Shown here: piece by piece, positions 59,563 to 64,000 of the stretch
Numbering within the stretch: position 1 is the first letter of the stretch
Layout of the letters: each line of letters opens with the position of its first letter
Source of the DNA: an uncultured SAR86 cluster bacterium
GTDB lineage: Bacteria; Pseudomonadota; Gammaproteobacteria; Magnimaribacterales; D2472
Assembly (NCBI GenBank): GCA_943788515.1
Contig: CALSQM010000003.1
Span: forward strand, 87,228 to 151,227
DNA length: 64,000 nt
Direction: 5' to 3'
Position numbers and translations under genes: made by a program
The notes under the pieces: model-generated
What the model was told of the DNA's origin: nothing
Database searches by the model: none
Seen by the model: the letters and a program-made list of their open reading frames with translations, nothing else

Positions 59563-60688
59563 TAAGCTATTAGCAATTATTCCAGCAGCTGGAATAGGAC
59601 AAAGGTTTGGAAAAAATAAACCCAAACAATATGAATACTTGAATGGAAAAACTATTATCGAAGCTTCTATCCAGCCATTCTTGGACTGTCACTTGGTTAC
59701 TAAAATTATTATTCCAATATCTGATTTGGATACATATATATCTCAACAAGCTTTTTTTAATCATCCAAAGGTAGTTTTAGTTGAGGGTGGAAAGACCCGT
59801 GCTGAATCAGTTAAAAATGCTTTAAACCATGGTGAGGTTAAAAACTTTGAATATGTGATCACTCACGATGCAGCAAGACCAAATATTAATGAAGGCGATA
59901 TAACTAGTATCTATAATGAGATCATGCAATCAAATTCAGATTGTTCCATATTTTACATCCCAGTAGTTGATTCGATAAAAAATGTTCATGAAAACTTAAC
60001 TGAGAATAAAATAGATTATTATCTTGTTCAAACTCCTCAAATTTCAAAAATAGATAAATTGAAACCAGCATTAAATTCATTAATTTCTGGGGATACAGCC
60101 ATTCCAGATGAGTCATTCGTCATGGAATCAAAAAATTTAATTATTTCTAGAATTCAAGGCAGGTCTTCGAATATCAAAATCACACATAAAGAAGATCTAG
60201 AACTTTTAAATAAGTTTGTTACAAGAGCTGGAACGGGTTTCGACCTCCATACATATAAATCAGGAAAGGGGATATTAATAGGTGGATATTTTCTTAAATG
60301 TGAACATGAGATAGAAGCTCACTCAGATGGCGATGTTCTTCTTCATTCAATAGCAGACTCTATCCTGGGAGCTTCAGCCTTAGGAGATATTGGAATATTT
60401 TTCTCTGATAAAGATGAAGCCAACAAAGGACTAGATAGCAAAAATATAATTAAATTTTGCTTAGAAAAAATTAAAGACTTAAATCTAGAAATCTATAATA
60501 TTGACGCAACTATAATTTGTGAATCACCAAAAATATCACCACACAGAGACGCAATAATAGAGAGCCTTTCATGTATTTTAAATATACCAAAGTCTAAAAT
60601 CGGACTAAAGGCTACAACAGCTGAAAAGATTGGTATCATAGGTCAAAATAAAGCTATCGCAGTTCAATCCTTAGTAAATCTTAAATAA
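59555..60688 (+). CDS. ispDF: Bifunctional IspD/IspF
   Basis: AAGIGQRF...PKQY, HDAARP, QTPQ, NIKIT fused to GFDLH, HSDGDVLLH, GDIG..F, KATTAE. Confidence 0.95.
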   Translation: MNNKLLAIIPAAGIGQRFGKNKPKQYEYLNGKTIIEASIQPFLDCHLVTKIIIPISDLDTYISQQAFFNHPKVVLVEGGKTRAESVKNALNHGEVKNFEYVITHDAARPNINEGDITSIYNEIMQSNSDCSIFYIPVVDSIKNVHENLTENKIDYYLVQTPQISKIDKLKPALNSLISGDTAIPDESFVMESKNLIISRIQGRSSNIKITHKEDLELLNKFVTRAGTGFDLHTYKSGKGILIGGYFLKCEHEIEAHSDGDVLLHSIADSILGASALGDIGIFFSDKDEANKGLDSKNIIKFCLEKIKDLNLEIYNIDATIICESPKISPHRDAIIESLSCILNIPKSKIGLKATTAEKIGIIGQNKAIAVQSLVNLK

Positions 60689-60693
60689 AAATT

Positions 60694-61440
60694 ATGAAAA
60701 TACTCCTTACAAACGATGACGGTTATCTTGCCCCAAACATTCAAAACCTATACAAAAGACTGTCGGAAGATCATGAAGTTTGGATGATTGCCCCGAAAGG
60801 AAACTGCAGTGGCATGAGTGCTGCAATATCTTTTTTGAAGGAAATAGAAATAGTTAAGGTTGATGAAAGAATTTATTCAGTTGATGGAACGCCGGCAGAT
60901 TGTACTTATTTTGGACTGCTTGGCATGGTTGATTTTGAATTTGATATGGTGGTTTCAGGTATTAATCATGGGGCTAATATAGGAAATGATGTCATATATT
61001 CTGGAACAGTAGGGGCTGCCGTTGGAGGAAGGAAATTAAAATATCCTCCTATTGCATTGTCTGTTGCATCATATGAAACCAAAAATATTAATTTTATTGT
61101 TAATAAAACAGCTGAAATTATTAATACTGTTAAAAATTTACCTAAAGAATATTTTGGAAAAGTTATCAATGTAAATTTTCCTGATTTATCTGAAGAGGAG
61201 TGCAAGGGAATTAAAATCACTGCATTAGCGCAAAGAGGTGTTCCATCAAAGCCTGTGGAAGTCTTCTCTGAAAAAAATACAAAAAGATACCGATATAATT
61301 TATCTGGAGAGCCTATACAAGAGGAGCATTTAACTGATGCTGAGGCTGTAAAAGATGGCTTTATATCAATATCAGTTTTGGATTATGGTCTTGATAGACT
61401 TGAATTAAGGGAAAGCCTTAAAGAGCATATAAATGAATAG
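60694..61440 (+). CDS. surE: 5'/3'-nucleotidase SurE
   Basis: LLTNDDG, DGTPADC, SGINHGAN, YSGTVGAA. Confidence 0.97.
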   Translation: MKILLTNDDGYLAPNIQNLYKRLSEDHEVWMIAPKGNCSGMSAAISFLKEIEIVKVDERIYSVDGTPADCTYFGLLGMVDFEFDMVVSGINHGANIGNDVIYSGTVGAAVGGRKLKYPPIALSVASYETKNINFIVNKTAEIINTVKNLPKEYFGKVINVNFPDLSEEECKGIKITALAQRGVPSKPVEVFSEKNTKRYRYNLSGEPIQEEHLTDAEAVKDGFISISVLDYGLDRLELRESLKEHINE

Positions 61441-62113
61441 CTCTGGATTTACCTTTAGAAGAGTCAGAGAAGAGATGATTGAAATGCTCCTTGAAATGGG
61501 TATAAAAGATTTCAGAGTTCTTGATGCCATGTCTCAGGTTCCAAGACATATATTTTTAGATGAAGCCTTAAGATCTAGAGCCTATGAAAATCGATCTTTA
61601 ACAATTGGCTATAAGCAAACAATCTCTCAGCCTTATATTGTTGCAAGAATGACAGAGTTATTAATCTCTCATACCAAATCACGTGGCAAGGTTCTTAACC
61701 AAGTATTAGAGTTAGGCTCCGGATGCGGTTATCAAAGTGCGGTCCTTTCTTATTTTTGTGAACAGGTTCATGCAATCGAGAGAATCAAACCTTTAGTAAC
61801 TAAATCTAGAGAAAATTTAAGCGAGCTAAAAATAAATAATATTTTATTTAAGCATGGTGATGGTTTTGTTGACTGGGATCAAGATATTAAATATGACGGT
61901 GTTATATGTGCCGCTGCACCAAGACAGTATCCACAAGATCTTATTGAAAGTTTAAACGTAGACTCAAAAATAGTTATACCAGTTGGAAATTCAAAATTAC
62001 AACAGCTAAATGTAATTACAAAACTATCTGATAAAATTGAAGAGGATATTTATGATGAGGTGGCATTTGTTCCAATGCTCCCAGGAATTTCAATGGATGG
62101 AAATGATTCGTGA
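61433..62113 (+). CDS. pcm: Protein-L-isoaspartate O-methyltransferase
   Basis: VPRHIF, QTISQPYIVARMTE, LELGSGCGYQ, FVPM. Confidence 0.96.
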   Translation: MNSSGFTFRRVREEMIEMLLEMGIKDFRVLDAMSQVPRHIFLDEALRSRAYENRSLTIGYKQTISQPYIVARMTELLISHTKSRGKVLNQVLELGSGCGYQSAVLSYFCEQVHAIERIKPLVTKSRENLSELKINNILFKHGDGFVDWDQDIKYDGVICAAAPRQYPQDLIESLNVDSKIVIPVGNSKLQQLNVITKLSDKIEEDIYDEVAFVPMLPGISMDGNDS

Positions 62114-62850
62114 GTGAGAGGTTAAGATTTATTATTTCTGGATTCTTTGTTGGTCTTGCTGAGCTTTTACCTGGAATATCTGGCTCTACTGTAGCAGTTG
62201 CTTTTAATGTTTATGATAAGTTTATTTTATTTCTTGCTAATTTAAAGCTATCAAATCTTTCATTCAATCTAAAGAAATTAAATGAAGTTTTCTTTCTTGA
62301 CTTGATAATACCTTTCTTTATATCAATGATGCTTAGCGTAATTCTCATATCTAATATTATATTGGTATTACTGTCCTCATATACTGAGTACTTTTTATAT
62401 TTTATAGGGGTACTTATGTGCCTAGTAGCAGTCCTAATAGCATTTAGAATCAAAGAGGAGTTTGGTAAACATATTAAATTAAATATTCAATTTTTATCTG
62501 GCATATTGTTTGGTTTACTGTTGAGTCAGTTCAGTTCACCACCTTTAGATCCATCACCTTTATTTATTTTTTTTATGGGGTTTATTGCTTTTTCATTCTT
62601 CTTGTTACCAGGAATATCTGGCAGTGCAATATTATTATCTTTCGGAGTTTATGAAATTATTATTGGGTCTATTGGCACTATTGATTGGGTTATTCTATTA
62701 CCTTTTTCTTTAGGCTGTTTAATATCAGTTTTAACAATGCCAAAGATTTTAAATCAGCTAATTAAAAGTTTTAAGCTTGAGATCATGACTTTTTTCACTG
62801 CTTTAATATTAATAAGTGGTATAACCATTCTTCCATTAGTAACTTTATAA
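62110..62850 (+). CDS. DUF368-family membrane protein (undecaprenyl-phosphate translocase-like)
   Basis: Two repeats of LPGISGS ([28 protein letters not shown]); polytopic. Confidence 0.85.
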   Translation: MSERLRFIISGFFVGLAELLPGISGSTVAVAFNVYDKFILFLANLKLSNLSFNLKKLNEVFFLDLIIPFFISMMLSVILISNIILVLLSSYTEYFLYFIGVLMCLVAVLIAFRIKEEFGKHIKLNIQFLSGILFGLLLSQFSSPPLDPSPLFIFFMGFIAFSFFLLPGISGSAILLSFGVYEIIIGSIGTIDWVILLPFSLGCLISVLTMPKILNQLIKSFKLEIMTFFTALILISGITILPLVTL

Positions 62851-63168
62851 GTCTATTAAACTCCTTTTATTTATTACTGTCTCAAATTTTTTAGCTTCTG
62901 GGAGTGGCTCCTTTGCTTCTGTAATATTTTCATAAACTTCTGAGAGTCGAGCATTAATTTCAATAAATTCAATCTGATTTTCAGGCAATTCATCTTCAGA
63001 CAAAATAGCATCTATGGGGCATTCAGGTTCACATAAAGCACAATCAATGCATTCATCTGGATGAATAACAAGAAAGTCCGGACCTTCATAAAAACAATCT
63101 ACAGGGCACACTTCAACACAATCAGTGTACTTACATTTTATACATGCTTCAGTAACCACAAAGGTCAT
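62845..63168 (-). CDS. fdxA: Azotobacter-type 7Fe ferredoxin
   Basis: [18 protein letters not shown]...[17 protein letters not shown]. Confidence 0.95.
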   Translation of the reverse strand: MTFVVTEACIKCKYTDCVEVCPVDCFYEGPDFLVIHPDECIDCALCEPECPIDAILSEDELPENQIEFIEINARLSEVYENITEAKEPLPEAKKFETVINKRSLIDL

Positions 63169-63265
63169 ATAATTTCACCTAAATTAAAGTATTATTTAAT
63201 GGAGACTTTAAGACAAAACAAGAAAAAAATATACTTTAAAGTTGTAAATTTCTTAAATAGTAATA

Positions 63266-63285
63266 TACTGTATAAATATACAGTA
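63266..63285. promoter_or_regulatory. LexA (SOS) box overlapping the recA -10 element
   Basis: TACTGTATAAATATACAGTA = CTGT-N8-ACAG; TTGTAA-16 nt-TATACT promoter; SD AAGGAG. Confidence 0.93.
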
Positions 63286-63297
63286 AAGGAGATTAAG

Positions 63298-64000
63298 ATG
63301 GCAAAATCAAAAGATACGAGTAATAAAACACTAAAAGATACACTTGCGGATATCGATAGTCATTTCGGTAAGGGTACCGTTATGAGAATGGGAGATAGGG
63401 AGATACTAGATATCCCATCTATTTCTACAGGTTCTGTGGGTCTGGATATTGCTCTTGGAATAGGTGGTATTCCTAAAGGCAGGGTAACTGAAATATATGG
63501 TCCCGAGTCATCAGGCAAGACAACCCTAACACTTCAAATAATTGCTCAATGTCAAAAAAATGGTGGAACATGTGCATTTATAGATGCTGAACATGCACTT
63601 GATCCTCAGTATGCCGAAAAGCTAGGTGTAAATGTTGATGAGTTACTACTTTCCCAACCAGATACAGGCGAACAAGCTCTTGAAGTAGCTGATATGCTGG
63701 TTAAATCAAATAGCGTTGATTTAGTTATTATTGATTCTGTTGCTGCATTAGTTCCAAGAGCAGAAATCGAAGGTGAAATGGGCGATCATCATGTCGGCTT
63801 ACAAGCAAGATTAATGTCCCAAGCTCTAAGAAAAATAACAGGAAATATCCAAAGATCTGGAGCAACCGTTGTTTTTATTAATCAGATAAGGATGAAAATT
63901 GGAGTTATGTTTGGGAGCCCTGAAACTACAACTGGTGGTAATGCTCTTAAATTTTATTCTTCGGTTAGATTGGATATAAGAAGAATTGGTGCTGTTAAAG
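63298..64000 (+). CDS. recA: Recombinase RecA; 3'-truncated by the window edge (not in the ORF track)
   Basis: MAKSKD...[65 protein letters not shown]. Confidence 0.98.
   Translation, partial: MAKSKDTSNKTLKDTLADIDSHFGKGTVMRMGDREILDIPSISTGSVGLDIALGIGGIPKGRVTEIYGPESSGKTTLTLQIIAQCQKNGGTCAFIDAEHALDPQYAEKLGVNVDELLLSQPDTGEQALEVADMLVKSNSVDLVIIDSVAALVPRAEIEGEMGDHHVGLQARLMSQALRKITGNIQRSGATVVFINQIRMKIGVMFGSPETTTGGNALKFYSSVRLDIRRIGAVK

Overview
A very compact, AT-rich core-genome segment of a streamlined gammaproteobacterium. Gene content and compaction are consistent with the marine SAR86 clade, but this is inference and was not verified. Gene order: pnp (partial), two small paralogous membrane-protein genes, tRNA-Met, ychF-pth-rplY-prs-tRNA-Gln-ispE, hemA-prfA-prmC, selO, acyl-CoA ligase + MaoC, gatCAB, mreBCD-yhdP, mgtE-rpoN-lptBA-kdsD, mlaC-bolA-murA, degS, zapE (frameshifted), rplM-rpsI, petABC-sspA, lpoA-like, rsmI, rnpB, a rearranged dcw cluster (mraZ-ftsZ-rsmH-ftsL-ftsI-murEF-mraY-murD-ftsW-murG-murC-ddl-ftsQ-ftsA), rpsF-rpsR-rplI-dnaB-alr, pyrG-kdsA-eno-ftsB-ispDF-surE-pcm-DUF368, fdxA and recA (partial, with a LexA box). 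I saw no mobile element, prophage or CRISPR array. The most interesting signals are: (1) an unexplained pair of 72/73-aa paralogous hydrophobic proteins separated by a perfect 15-bp hairpin; (2) a pyrC-like, CTP-sensing start-site/hairpin switch at pyrG; (3) ftsZ relocated directly behind mraZ, under a 10-bp-periodic MraZ-type operator; (4) an ispE stop codon that lies inside tRNA-Gln; and (5) shortened envelope proteins (YhdP, LpoA-like, MurD). Three +1 frameshifts in poly-A runs (two in zapE, one in murG) are probably sequencing errors.
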